Shown: positions 1-8,574 of the stretch, piece after piece | Position numbering within the stretch: the first letter of the stretch is position 1 | Layout: every line of letters starts with the position of its first letter | NCBI GenBank assembly: GCA_964597885.1 | Contig: CAZQZX010000007.1 | Span: 809 to 64,808, forward strand | Direction: 5' to 3' | DNA length: 64,000 bases | Source: an uncultured Planctomycetota bacterium | GTDB taxonomy: Bacteria; Planctomycetota; JACOTG01; JAUIME01 | Program-made: the position numbers and the translations under genes | Notes under the pieces: model-generated | Told to the model about the DNA's origin: nothing | Database searches by the model: none | Seen by the model: the letters and a program-made list of their open reading frames with translations, nothing else

Positions 1-1
1 C

Positions 2-1258
2 GGCCACGTCGGGGACGGCGAGCTTGCCGTAGGCGAACGTGTCGTTTCCGGGCATCAGGTCGAGCGTCGACTTCATCGCGAAGTCCCACGTGACCTCTTT
101 GCCGGTGTACGCCGACATGCGGCCCATGATCGCGGTCATCGTGCTCTCAGCGACGCGGACGCCCTCGTTCAGCGGCTCTCCGGCGCGGATGCTCGCGATC
201 AGGTCGGTGTGCTCTTGCACGTACGGCCCCGTCGCCTTGCCCTTGTAACGATACGCGTTCGGTCCGTCGATCCGGCCGTTCGGGTTCGCGGCGCCGAGCG
301 TTCCGACGACGCGCTCGCTTACCCGCGACGCCGTGCCGTCGATCTGGCGGCACATCGAGATCGCGCGGCGCCCGCCCGTGTACTCGAGCTCGACCGCGAA
401 GTGATCGAAGATGTGACCGTACTTGGCGTCGGTGCGCACCTGGCGTCCACCCATCGCCATGACCTTCACGGGCGTCGACCCGAACGCCCAGTTCATCACG
501 TCGAGGTTGTGGATGTGCTGCTCGACGATGTGGTCGCCCGAGAGCCACGTGAAGTACAGCCAGTTGCGGACCTGCCATTCGAGGTCCGAGTAGTTCGGCT
601 TGCGATCGTGAACCCAGAGCCCGCCCTGGTTCCAGTAGCACTGTCCGCTGACCACCTCACCGATGGCGCCGTCCTGGATGCGCTTCATCGTTTCGAGGTA
701 GGACGCCTGGTGCCGTCGCTGCGTACCGGCGACGATGCCGAGCCCCTTGGCCTTGGCGCGCTTGGCCGACTCGATGACCGAGCGAACGCCCGGCGGATCG
801 ACGGCGACCGGCTTCTCCATGAAGACGTGCTTGCCGGCGTCGACCGCGGCCGCGAACTGGACGGGACGGAAGCCGGGAGGCGTGGCGAGGATCACCATGT
901 CGATGTCGCAGTTCAGGACCTTCTGGTAGGCGTCGTATCCGACGAACTGCCGGTCCGCGGGGACATCGAAGCTCGCCGCGTCGATCTGCTTCGTGAGGTT
1001 GGCATGGCTCGACGCGAGCCGATCGGCGAACACATCGCCCATCGCGACGATCTGGACGCCGGCCGAAGACTTCACGCAATCGCGCGCCGCACCGGTCCCG
1101 CGTCCGCCGCAACCGACGAGTCCGACGCGGATCGTGTCGCTCGCACCGGCGTAGAGGTTCCCGGCGGCGAGGGGGCCGAGAACAGCGCCGGCCGAAAGGA
1201 CTGCGGACGTCTTCAGGAAATCGCGGCGACTGCGGTCGCTCGTTTGGCTCGGGGTCAT
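2..1258 (-). CDS. TAT-exported Gfo/Idh/MocA family oxidoreductase (3' end truncated by window edge)
   Basis: Manual translation from ATG 1258 (GGAGG RBS): MTPSQTSDRSRRDFLKT twin-arginine signal, IRVGLVGCGGRGTGA Rossmann motif, ATPPGFRP and GKHVFMEKP motifs. Absent from the ORF track because no stop lies in the window. Confidence 0.9.
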   Translation of the reverse strand, partial: MTPSQTSDRSRRDFLKTSAVLSAGAVLGPLAAGNLYAGASDTIRVGLVGCGGRGTGAARDCVKSSAGVQIVAMGDVFADRLASSHANLTKQIDAASFDVPADRQFVGYDAYQKVLNCDIDMVILATPPGFRPVQFAAAVDAGKHVFMEKPVAVDPPGVRSVIESAKRAKAKGLGIVAGTQRRHQASYLETMKRIQDGAIGEVVSGQCYWNQGGLWVHDRKPNYSDLEWQVRNWLYFTWLSGDHIVEQHIHNLDVMNWAFGSTPVKVMAMGGRQVRTDAKYGHIFDHFAVELEYTGGRRAISMCRQIDGTASRVSERVVGTLGAANPNGRIDGPNAYRYKGKATGPYVQEHTDLIASIRAGEPLNEGVRVAESTMTAIMGRMSAYTGKEVTWDFAMKSTLDLMPGNDTFAYGKLAVPDVA

Positions 1259-1334
1259 GATGCACCTCCCTGGATATGGGTTCGGCCCGCGATTCTAAGC
1301 GGGTGGGGGGAGGTCGGCAAGGGGGGAGGGGGAC

Positions 1335-1370
1335 GCGGAAGCCGGCCCGAGGGGTCGGGCCGGCTTCCGC
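1335..1370 (-). terminator. GC-rich hairpin, probable terminator or mRNA-stabilising stem
   Basis: Perfect 16-bp inverted repeat GCGGAAGCCGGCCCGA-GGGG-TCGGGCCGGCTTCCGC, 55 bp after the stop of the 1425-2339 gene; no U-tract. Confidence 0.6.
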
Positions 1371-1424
1371 CTGGGGGAGACGCGAGGCGCGCCGGGACGC
1401 GACTCGGGTGCTCGTGGTGCTCTC

Positions 1425-2339
1425 TCAGTTGCTGACGGCGAGCGAATCGCCGTGCAGGGCGGTCATCGTCTCGGTAACACCCTGGAGCAGCTCGCGCGCC
1501 TGGTCGATCAGCGCGTTGTGGAGCTGGAACGACTGCATCGCGCTCGGCGGGACGTCGGCCAGCAGCTCGGCGTGGGCCTGCGCCCACTCGCCCATCTGCG
1601 CGTTGAGCTCGTTCAGCTTGCCGAGGCCTTCGGCGAGGGTGAGCACGCTCGCGGGCACCAGCGTCACGGCCTTCACTTCCTGGCCGAGCGATCCCATGCT
1701 CGTGAGCAGCGCCTGCTTGCGGGCCGCGGGCATGGCGACGGCTTCCTGCTTCGCGGTCTTCCAAGACGCGCGCAGCATGCCGAGGCGGGAAGCGGTCTGG
1801 ATCGGGCACGTGGTGCCCTTCTCGCACGAGTCCGACTTCGCGGCGAGCGACGTCTTCACGGCGCCCGACGATTCGCAGCAGCCGGTGACGGCGCCCGCCG
1901 TGTAGCTCGCGAGCTGGTGCAGGCCGTGGAGCGCCTGGCCGCGCATCGTCTTCATGGCGAGGGCTTCCTCGCACGACGCGCCGCCGGCCTTCGCCGTCTC
2001 GAGCGGGCAGTGCTTCGCGTTGGCTTCCGCCGCGGCGATGGCGTCGGCGAGGACGTCACGAACCGCGGTGACGGTGTCGCCGAGGCGGGATCCGACCGGG
2101 CACTGCTCCTTGCAGGACTGCATCTTCGACGTCAGACGGGCGCGATCCTGGTCGCTCATCGACGCGGCCTGCTTCGCCGCGCCCTCCCACTCGGTGAGGA
2201 GTCCCATGACCTTCTTCGCGGTCGGACAGTCGGCGCAGTCGCCGGCGGGGGGGCCGGCCGCGAAGGCGAAGGATGCGGCGAGCAGGGCCGCGAGGAGGGT
2301 GCCCATCCAGGGGAGTCGGGTGAATCGGGAGTTCAGCAT
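1425..2339 (-). CDS. Secreted Cys-rich helical hypothetical protein with internal duplication
   Basis: Start MLNSRF after AAAGGA; signal peptide ending SFAFA; 10 Cys (CADC, CKEQC, GCC etc.); two similar CP...W...M segments. Confidence 0.75.
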   Translation of the reverse strand: MLNSRFTRLPWMGTLLAALLAASFAFAAGPPAGDCADCPTAKKVMGLLTEWEGAAKQAASMSDQDRARLTSKMQSCKEQCPVGSRLGDTVTAVRDVLADAIAAAEANAKHCPLETAKAGGASCEEALAMKTMRGQALHGLHQLASYTAGAVTGCCESSGAVKTSLAAKSDSCEKGTTCPIQTASRLGMLRASWKTAKQEAVAMPAARKQALLTSMGSLGQEVKAVTLVPASVLTLAEGLGKLNELNAQMGEWAQAHAELLADVPPSAMQSFQLHNALIDQARELLQGVTETMTALHGDSLAVSN

Positions 2340-2383
2340 GTTTCGGGGTCCTTTGCGTCTCTCGATCTGCCTGGCCACGATCA

Positions 2384-2401
2384 ATACCAACCGGTTGGTA
2401 T
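2384..2401. promoter_or_regulatory. Palindromic operator, probably bound by the adjacent TetR
   Basis: Perfect 18-bp palindrome ATACCAACCGGTTGGTAT between tetR and the Cys-rich gene; shares ACCGGTTGGTATG with the 3052-3067 site. Confidence 0.7.
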
Positions 2402-2427
2402 GTTCTGTGGCAAAATAGAAGAACGGC

Positions 2428-3030
2428 TCACGATCTGCCGTACAGCATCTGGAGATAGTTCTTGTAGTGAAGCAAGTTACGTTCGATCGACTCGCGGTTC
2501 TGGTCTGTCTTGAAGATCAGCATCGAGCCCTGGATCACGGCCAGGAACGTCGATCCCAGGCCGGCCGCGTCGAAGTCGCCGTCCGGCGCGTGGAGCGACT
2601 TGGCCTCCACCAGATCACGAGACACCGAGCTCGCGAATCCCTCAAAGCTGCACTGACAGACCTGGCGCAGCTCGGGGTGGGTCTCCCAGATCTCCTGGGC
2701 GAACGTGCCCACCAGGCAGCCCTTCATCTCGGGGTTCCGGATGCTCTCGATCGCGCAATCGATCAGGCAGAGCACGCGATCGAAGGGGTCGGCGACCTCG
2801 CCGCATGCGGCCGTGAAATGGGCGGTCTGCGTCTCGGTGAACCGCTGGAGGAGCACCTTGCCGAGCTCTTCCTTGTTCTTGAAGTAGTGGAAGAAGCTCC
2901 CCTTGGTGACTCCGGCCGCCGCGCAGATCTCGTCGACGCTGGCGGCGACGTAGCCCTTGGAGAGCATCACCTCCTGGGCGGCGTCGAGCAGCTTGTTGCG
3001 CGTCGGGGGATCGGGGTTCTTGGTTCGCAT
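2428..3030 (-). CDS. TetR/AcrR family regulator, NemR-like
   Basis: HTH RNKLLDAAQEVMLSKGYVAASVDEICAAAGVTKGSFFHYFKNKEELG; C-domain GCLVG motif; several Cys. Confidence 0.9.
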   Translation of the reverse strand: MRTKNPDPPTRNKLLDAAQEVMLSKGYVAASVDEICAAAGVTKGSFFHYFKNKEELGKVLLQRFTETQTAHFTAACGEVADPFDRVLCLIDCAIESIRNPEMKGCLVGTFAQEIWETHPELRQVCQCSFEGFASSVSRDLVEAKSLHAPDGDFDAAGLGSTFLAVIQGSMLIFKTDQNRESIERNLLHYKNYLQMLYGRS

Positions 3031-3051
3031 CGGGCCGTGTCGTGGCAAAAG

Positions 3052-3095
3052 CATACCGGTTGGTATGAGAATACTCTCGACGGGGAGGATGTCAA
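3052..3095 (-). promoter_or_regulatory. Sigma70-type promoter with overlapping TetR operator
   Basis: Minus strand TTGACA (3095-3090) -N16- TATTCT (3073-3068), immediately followed by the inverted repeat CATACC-N4-GGTATG (3052-3067). Confidence 0.75.
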
Positions 3096-3251
3096 GCGGC
3101 CGAGCCCGGACTGTCGGTCGTTGGTCGCGGATTGCGGTGCTGGTAGACTAGACGCTCGCGGTCATCCGGCGAGACCTGCCCGAGGCTTTTGAGCCCGTCG
3201 CCGGGCCCGACCCACCGACATCTGCCCAGGGGCCCAACCACCTTCGCAGCC

Positions 3252-4814
3252 GTGACTTCTCCCAACACAGTCCAGGAGATCGAGTCCAAGTGGACCCTGG
3301 CGTCGCCGTCGGACGCCGATCCGCTGCGCCGGCGTATCGAAGCCGCGGGGGCGACCATCTCGAAGCCTCGCAACATCGAGATCCTGGATCACTACCTCGA
3401 CACGCGCGACGGTTTCTTCAGGCTCGCCCGCGCACGATGTCGCCTGCGGTGCTGCGACGGTGTCTTCGAGCTGAATCTGAAGGGCACGGGCGAGCCGAGC
3501 GATGGCGTGTTCTCGCGACCGGAACGCACGTACTCGCTCGAGGGGATCGCGACGGAGTCCGAGGCTCTCGACCAGATCCACGGGCATGAGCTGGGTGCCG
3601 TGCTCCGGGGGCGCAAGCTCGAGCTTTTGTTCGGCATCCGGAACCGTCGGACGCAGTTCGATGTGACGCTCGCCGACGGGACGACGGCCGAGCTCTGCTT
3701 CGACGATGCGCATGCGTTTGCCGACGGCCGCGCCGCGAAGATCCACGAGGCCGAGCTCGAGTTTCGCGAGGGCGACCTCGGAGCGTTTCGGAAGCTCGTC
3801 GCCGATATCGGTCGCGCACCGGTGGGCTCGAGCGAACGATCGAAGTTCCGCGCGGCGGTGGAAGCGCTCGAGCTCACGGATTCCCTGCCCGAGTATCCCG
3901 AGTACGCCTACGCGCTCGACGACACGATCGGCCGCGCCGGTCGCGAGGCCGTGGCGCGCAATCTGCGGATCATCGAGCTGAACGAGCCGGGCGTGCGCGT
4001 CGGCTTCCACGAGGAGGCGATCCACGACATGCGCGTGGCGGCGCGCCGAACGCGAGCGGCGCTTGCCGCGTTTCGCAAAGTCCTTCCCCGTGATTCGCGT
4101 CGGCTCGCCGGCGAGGCCAAGTGGCTGGGTCAGGCGCTCGGCAAGGGGAGGGATCTCGAGGTGCAGATCGAGTCGCTCTTCGGGTTCGCCGCCAAGCTCC
4201 CGCTGGATCAGCGCCGGACGCTCGTGCGATATCGACGGATCCTCGAGAAGCGGCTCGCTGTCGAGAGCGAAGGCATCGTCGACGTCCTGAACTCGCCGCA
4301 GTACCCGGCGCTCGTCGAAGGATTGCAGCGTCTGGTGAGCTCGCCGCCGCGCAAGAAGAAAGAGGCGCGCGTCGTTCGTGAGGCCGGGCCGAAGATCCTC
4401 GCGAAGGCGACCTCGCGTATCCTCGATCGCTACGCCCGCGAGATCGATCCGCGGATTCACGACGAGCACCTGCACAAGCTACGTCTCGACCTCAAGCGCG
4501 TGCGCTACGTGTTCGAGCTCTTCTCGCACGTCGGGGCTCCCGAGGTGGGACAGTTCGTGAAAGCCACGAAGAAGATGCAGGACATCCTCGGCACGCATCA
4601 GGACGTCTGCACCGGGATCGAGATGCTGCGGCACGACGTGTCGGCGCTTCGGGCACGAGCGAGAAAGGAAGACGAGGCCGGGCTGATCGACGCCCTGGCC
4701 GACCTGACGGATCTTCTCGTCGAGGAGAAGGAGAAGCTCCGGCAGCGTTTCTTCCGGAGCTGGCCGGACTACCGCGTGCGTCGCGACATGGAGCAGGCCG
4801 CCGCGGCGCTCTAG
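3252..4814 (+). CDS. CYTH + CHAD domain protein (polyphosphate-associated)
   Basis: EIESKW (ExExK) CYTH start, DHYLDT, EAELE; CHAD motifs IHDMRVAARRTRA, RDLEV, LHKLRLDLKRVRY, LGTHQD. Start uncertain (frame open from 3189). Confidence 0.88.
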   Translation: MTSPNTVQEIESKWTLASPSDADPLRRRIEAAGATISKPRNIEILDHYLDTRDGFFRLARARCRLRCCDGVFELNLKGTGEPSDGVFSRPERTYSLEGIATESEALDQIHGHELGAVLRGRKLELLFGIRNRRTQFDVTLADGTTAELCFDDAHAFADGRAAKIHEAELEFREGDLGAFRKLVADIGRAPVGSSERSKFRAAVEALELTDSLPEYPEYAYALDDTIGRAGREAVARNLRIIELNEPGVRVGFHEEAIHDMRVAARRTRAALAAFRKVLPRDSRRLAGEAKWLGQALGKGRDLEVQIESLFGFAAKLPLDQRRTLVRYRRILEKRLAVESEGIVDVLNSPQYPALVEGLQRLVSSPPRKKKEARVVREAGPKILAKATSRILDRYAREIDPRIHDEHLHKLRLDLKRVRYVFELFSHVGAPEVGQFVKATKKMQDILGTHQDVCTGIEMLRHDVSALRARARKEDEAGLIDALADLTDLLVEEKEKLRQRFFRSWPDYRVRRDMEQAAAAL

Positions 4815-6871
4815 CGGTTCGACTCGGGCTTCCGAGGCTTCAGATCGCGCGGGATCGCGCGTCGTCGTCGAGCCTCGCGTTCTTCGTAGCGACGGCAGAG
4901 CTCTTCCTGCACGCGGAACGGCTCGCGGTCGCCGGCGTCGCGTCGCTCGTAGCTTCCATCGGGCTTGAGCAGCCAGCTCCGGACGTTGTCGCGGAAGTAC
5001 AGCTTCATCGTGTCCAGGATCTCGCGTGCGAGCTTCGCGTCCTCGATCGGGAACATCGTCTCGACGCGTCGATCGAGGTTTCGGGGCATCCAGTCGGCGC
5101 TCGACAGGTAGACCTCGTCGTCGCCGCCGTTCCGGAAGCAGAAGATGCGGCTGTGCTCGAGGAAGCGGTCCACGATGCTCACGACCTCGATCGTGTCGCT
5201 GCGTCCGGGGACTCCCGGCACGAGGCGGCACGTGCCGCGCACGTTCAGGCGGACGCGGACACCGGCGCGCGAGGCTTCGTAGAGGGCCTCGATGATGTCC
5301 TCGTCGACGAGCGAGTTCATCTTCGCGGCGATGCGACCCGGCTGTTCCGGCGTGCTGCGCTGCGCCTCGCGCTGGATCAATCGGAGCAGCGTGCGCCGCA
5401 GCTCGAGCGGCGCGACGACCAGCTTGCTCGTGCCCAGAGGCTTCGAGAAGCCGGTGATCATGTTGAACAGGCTCGAGAGATCCCGCGTCAGCTTCTCGTC
5501 GTCGGTGAGCAGGCCGTGATCGGTGTAGAGTTTCGCCGTCGACTCGTTGTAGTTCCCGGTGCCGAGGTGCGCGTAGCGGCGGATACCGTCGGCTTCGCGC
5601 CGTACGATGAGACACGCCTTCGCGTGCGTCTTGAGGCGCGCCACGCCGTAGACCACGCTCGCGCCCGCGCGTTCGAGCCGGGCCGCCCACTGGATGTTCT
5701 CCGCCTCGTCGAAGCGTGCCTTGAGCTCGACGAGGACGGTGACGCTCTTGCCCTTTTCGGCCGCACGCTCGAGCGCGCGCACCAGCCGCGACCGGGAGGC
5801 CGTGCGGTACAGCGTCTGCTTCACGGCGAGAACATCCGGATCGTCCGCGGCCTGCTGGACGAGCTGGATGACGGGATCGAACGAATCGTAGGGATGGTGG
5901 AGGAGGACGTCCTTCTCGCGGATGACCTCGAAGATGTCATCGGCATCGGCGAAGGCCGGGTGCGGCTTCGGCGTCCAGGGCGCCCGCCGGTGCTCGGAAT
6001 AGCCCGCCAGGAACGCGAGGCTGGAGACTCCCTTGAGGTCGAACCAATCCTTGCGGTGCTCGATACGATCGCGCTGGACCGCGAGCTTCTGCTCGAGAAA
6101 CGAGATCCACTCCTCGGATGCGTCGGCTTCGAGCCGTACGAACTCGCCGCGCTTTCGCTTTCGGAGCGCCTGCGCCATCACCTTCGCGAAGTCCTCGTCG
6201 CCGGCCTCGTCGAGCGTCATCTCGGCCCCTCGCGTGAGCCGGATCAGTCCCGTTTCGCGGACCTCGTAGCCTTCGAACAGCCGTGCTGCGTAGAGTCGGA
6301 TCACGTCTTCGAGCAGGATGAACGAGTGTCCGCCGCCCGGAAGAACGATCATCCGCGACAGGTTGCGCGGCACTTCGATCACGGCGTGCTCGAGCTCGTC
6401 GGTCTTGCCGATCGGCGACACCGACACGATCATGTAGAGGCTCAGGTTCGTGAGCGAGGGAACCGTTCGTTCACCCGAGAGTGCGATCGGGGTCAGCACG
6501 GGGAAGATCTCGCGGTCGAAGAGCGAGCGTACGAACGCGGCTTGCTCGGAATCGAGCGACTCCGGAACGACGCGTCGGATGCCGATCGCCTCGAGCTCCG
6601 GGACGAGCGTCTCGGCCCAGTGTCGGCTCTGTTCTTCCGTGAGCGCGCGGGCCTTCGCTCGGACTTCCTTCTCGATGTCGCTGCCAGCCTCGAGGCTCGG
6701 GAGTCGAACCATGAAGAACTCGTCGAGGTTCGAGCTGAAGATTCCCGAGAACAGGACGCGATCGAGAATCGGATTGCTCGCGTCCATGGCTTCGTGCAGG
6801 ACGCGCGCGTTGAACTCGAGCCACGACAGCTCGCGGTCGAAGAATCGGGGAGCTTCGACGTTGGCGTTCAT
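4811..6871 (-). CDS. ppk1: Polyphosphate kinase 1
   Basis: RELSWLEFNARVL, SNLDEFFMVR, LLHHPYDSF, KQTLYR, ELKARFDE, KTHAK, HLGTGNYN, LEHSR, SADWMPRNLDRRVE. Confidence 0.97.
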   Translation of the reverse strand: MNANVEAPRFFDRELSWLEFNARVLHEAMDASNPILDRVLFSGIFSSNLDEFFMVRLPSLEAGSDIEKEVRAKARALTEEQSRHWAETLVPELEAIGIRRVVPESLDSEQAAFVRSLFDREIFPVLTPIALSGERTVPSLTNLSLYMIVSVSPIGKTDELEHAVIEVPRNLSRMIVLPGGGHSFILLEDVIRLYAARLFEGYEVRETGLIRLTRGAEMTLDEAGDEDFAKVMAQALRKRKRGEFVRLEADASEEWISFLEQKLAVQRDRIEHRKDWFDLKGVSSLAFLAGYSEHRRAPWTPKPHPAFADADDIFEVIREKDVLLHHPYDSFDPVIQLVQQAADDPDVLAVKQTLYRTASRSRLVRALERAAEKGKSVTVLVELKARFDEAENIQWAARLERAGASVVYGVARLKTHAKACLIVRREADGIRRYAHLGTGNYNESTAKLYTDHGLLTDDEKLTRDLSSLFNMITGFSKPLGTSKLVVAPLELRRTLLRLIQREAQRSTPEQPGRIAAKMNSLVDEDIIEALYEASRAGVRVRLNVRGTCRLVPGVPGRSDTIEVVSIVDRFLEHSRIFCFRNGGDDEVYLSSADWMPRNLDRRVETMFPIEDAKLAREILDTMKLYFRDNVRSWLLKPDGSYERRDAGDREPFRVQEELCRRYEEREARRRRAIPRDLKPRKPESNR

Positions 6872-8466
6872 CGAGATCCCTTCTTCGCGCCCTGGCGCAG
6901 CACGATGTCGACGCCGAAGACGTCCGCGAACATCTTGGCCTTGCGTCGCAGCAGATCCCGCTCCATCGAAATATCGCCGACGTCTTCCGGCACCCAGATC
7001 TCGTAGGGCTCTCGGCCCAGATCGATTTCGATCTCGCGGATGCGCTGGGCCCGCTGCGCATCGAGCGCGATGGCCACCCGGAGGATGGCGGCGAGCTTCG
7101 CCACACGCGCACGATCCTGCTTCGAGAGCGACATGTAGTCGACGTGCGTCGACCTTGGCATCGCTCCGCGGTGGTAGCGAGCGACGTTGGCCACGATCTC
7201 CTTGTCCTGTCGGCGCAGGCCGAAGATGTCGGAGGCGTGGATCAGATACATCGAGTGCTTGTGTCGGCTGCTGGGCGAGATGTACATGCCGATCTCGTGG
7301 AGGATGGCGGCCACGTACAGCAGCAGGCGTTCACGGGATCCGAGTCCGTGGTCCTCGCGCAGCTTGTCGAACAGGCGGCCCGCGAGCGTGGCCACCCAGA
7401 GCGCGTGCGGCTCGTCGTACGCGTACTTGCTCGCGAGGCGCTTCGTGGAGCTGATCACCATGCGAGAGACGTCGGTGCCTTCGCCGCCCTGCAGGATCTG
7501 CGCTTCTTCGCGCAAGATGCCGTCCCGGATGCTGACCAGAGGGACGAGGATCTCCGTGGCGCCGGTCGCTCGAAGGAAGTAACGGTAATAGAGCAGAGCC
7601 GGAAGAAGTCGCTCGGCCTCGTCGTAGCCGAGCGCGTAGCGATCCGCGATTTCTTCCGGCGCGAGGCGGCCCATGTCTTTCACGAACGAGATGACGGCTT
7701 CGGCTTTGAGCCGCCGCAGGCTGTCGTCGCCGTCGCCGCCGTCGGTGTCGAGCTGTCGGGCGAGGAAGCGCATCTCGCCGCCGACCGCGATGAAGGTCTT
7801 GATCGCGGACAGGCTGTTCTGACGTCCGATGTAGTCGGCGCTCTCGTTGACGGATCGTTTGATCGCGCGCTGTTGCGCTTTGGCGTCGAGCTGTCCGACG
7901 ATCGCGTTGCCGGGCAACTTGATCGATCCGATGGAAAGCGTTCGCGTCGCTTCGACCTCACCCTGGTTGAGGAAGATCAGGACCGTGCTTCCCGAGCCGA
8001 CCTCGAGGATGAGGCAGCTCTCCTTGCGGAAGTCGACGTGCCCGTCGAGTGCGCTCTCCACGGCGATCATCTCGAGCCGATTTTCTTCGGAGCCGTCGAT
8101 GACCTCGACGTCGATGCCCGTGCGGACGAAGATCTGATCGATGAAGTTGTCGCGGTTCGACGCCTCGCGTACGGCGGCCGTCGCAATTGCGTGACACGAG
8201 TCGAGCCCGTACTCCTCCATCACCTGCGTGAAGTCCTGGAGGACGGCGATCGCGGCTCGCTGGGTGGGTGTCGAGATGCGGCCGCTCGTGAAAACGTCTT
8301 TGCCGAGCGGGACTTGCTGCTGCAGGTTCTCGAGGTGCCGGATCTTGCGACCCGGGCCGACCTCGGCGATGACGAGGCGGATCGAGCCCGAGCCGATATC
8401 GATGACGGCGACGACGCGCCGCTGTTCGATGTCCGGTGGATTCTTCTTCCTGGCCTTGTCCTGCAT
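6868..8466 (-). CDS. ppx: Ppx/GppA family exopolyphosphatase-like protein (divergent motifs)
   Basis: AVIDIGSGSIRL, ATAAVREASN, EVGSGST, C-terminal LHEIG and NVARYHR domain; 4-bp overlap with ppk1. Confidence 0.85.
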   Translation of the reverse strand: MQDKARKKNPPDIEQRRVVAVIDIGSGSIRLVIAEVGPGRKIRHLENLQQQVPLGKDVFTSGRISTPTQRAAIAVLQDFTQVMEEYGLDSCHAIATAAVREASNRDNFIDQIFVRTGIDVEVIDGSEENRLEMIAVESALDGHVDFRKESCLILEVGSGSTVLIFLNQGEVEATRTLSIGSIKLPGNAIVGQLDAKAQQRAIKRSVNESADYIGRQNSLSAIKTFIAVGGEMRFLARQLDTDGGDGDDSLRRLKAEAVISFVKDMGRLAPEEIADRYALGYDEAERLLPALLYYRYFLRATGATEILVPLVSIRDGILREEAQILQGGEGTDVSRMVISSTKRLASKYAYDEPHALWVATLAGRLFDKLREDHGLGSRERLLLYVAAILHEIGMYISPSSRHKHSMYLIHASDIFGLRRQDKEIVANVARYHRGAMPRSTHVDYMSLSKQDRARVAKLAAILRVAIALDAQRAQRIREIEIDLGREPYEIWVPEDVGDISMERDLLRRKAKMFADVFGVDIVLRQGAKKGSR

Positions 8467-8574
8467 GGGAGCTCCCGGGTGGGCTGAGATTATATCTCAG
8501 ATCACTATCGGCAAGAAACTGAGGATCGCATTAGCAGTCGTGCCGAAGAGCCGGATCGACGCGAATCCGCCGCC

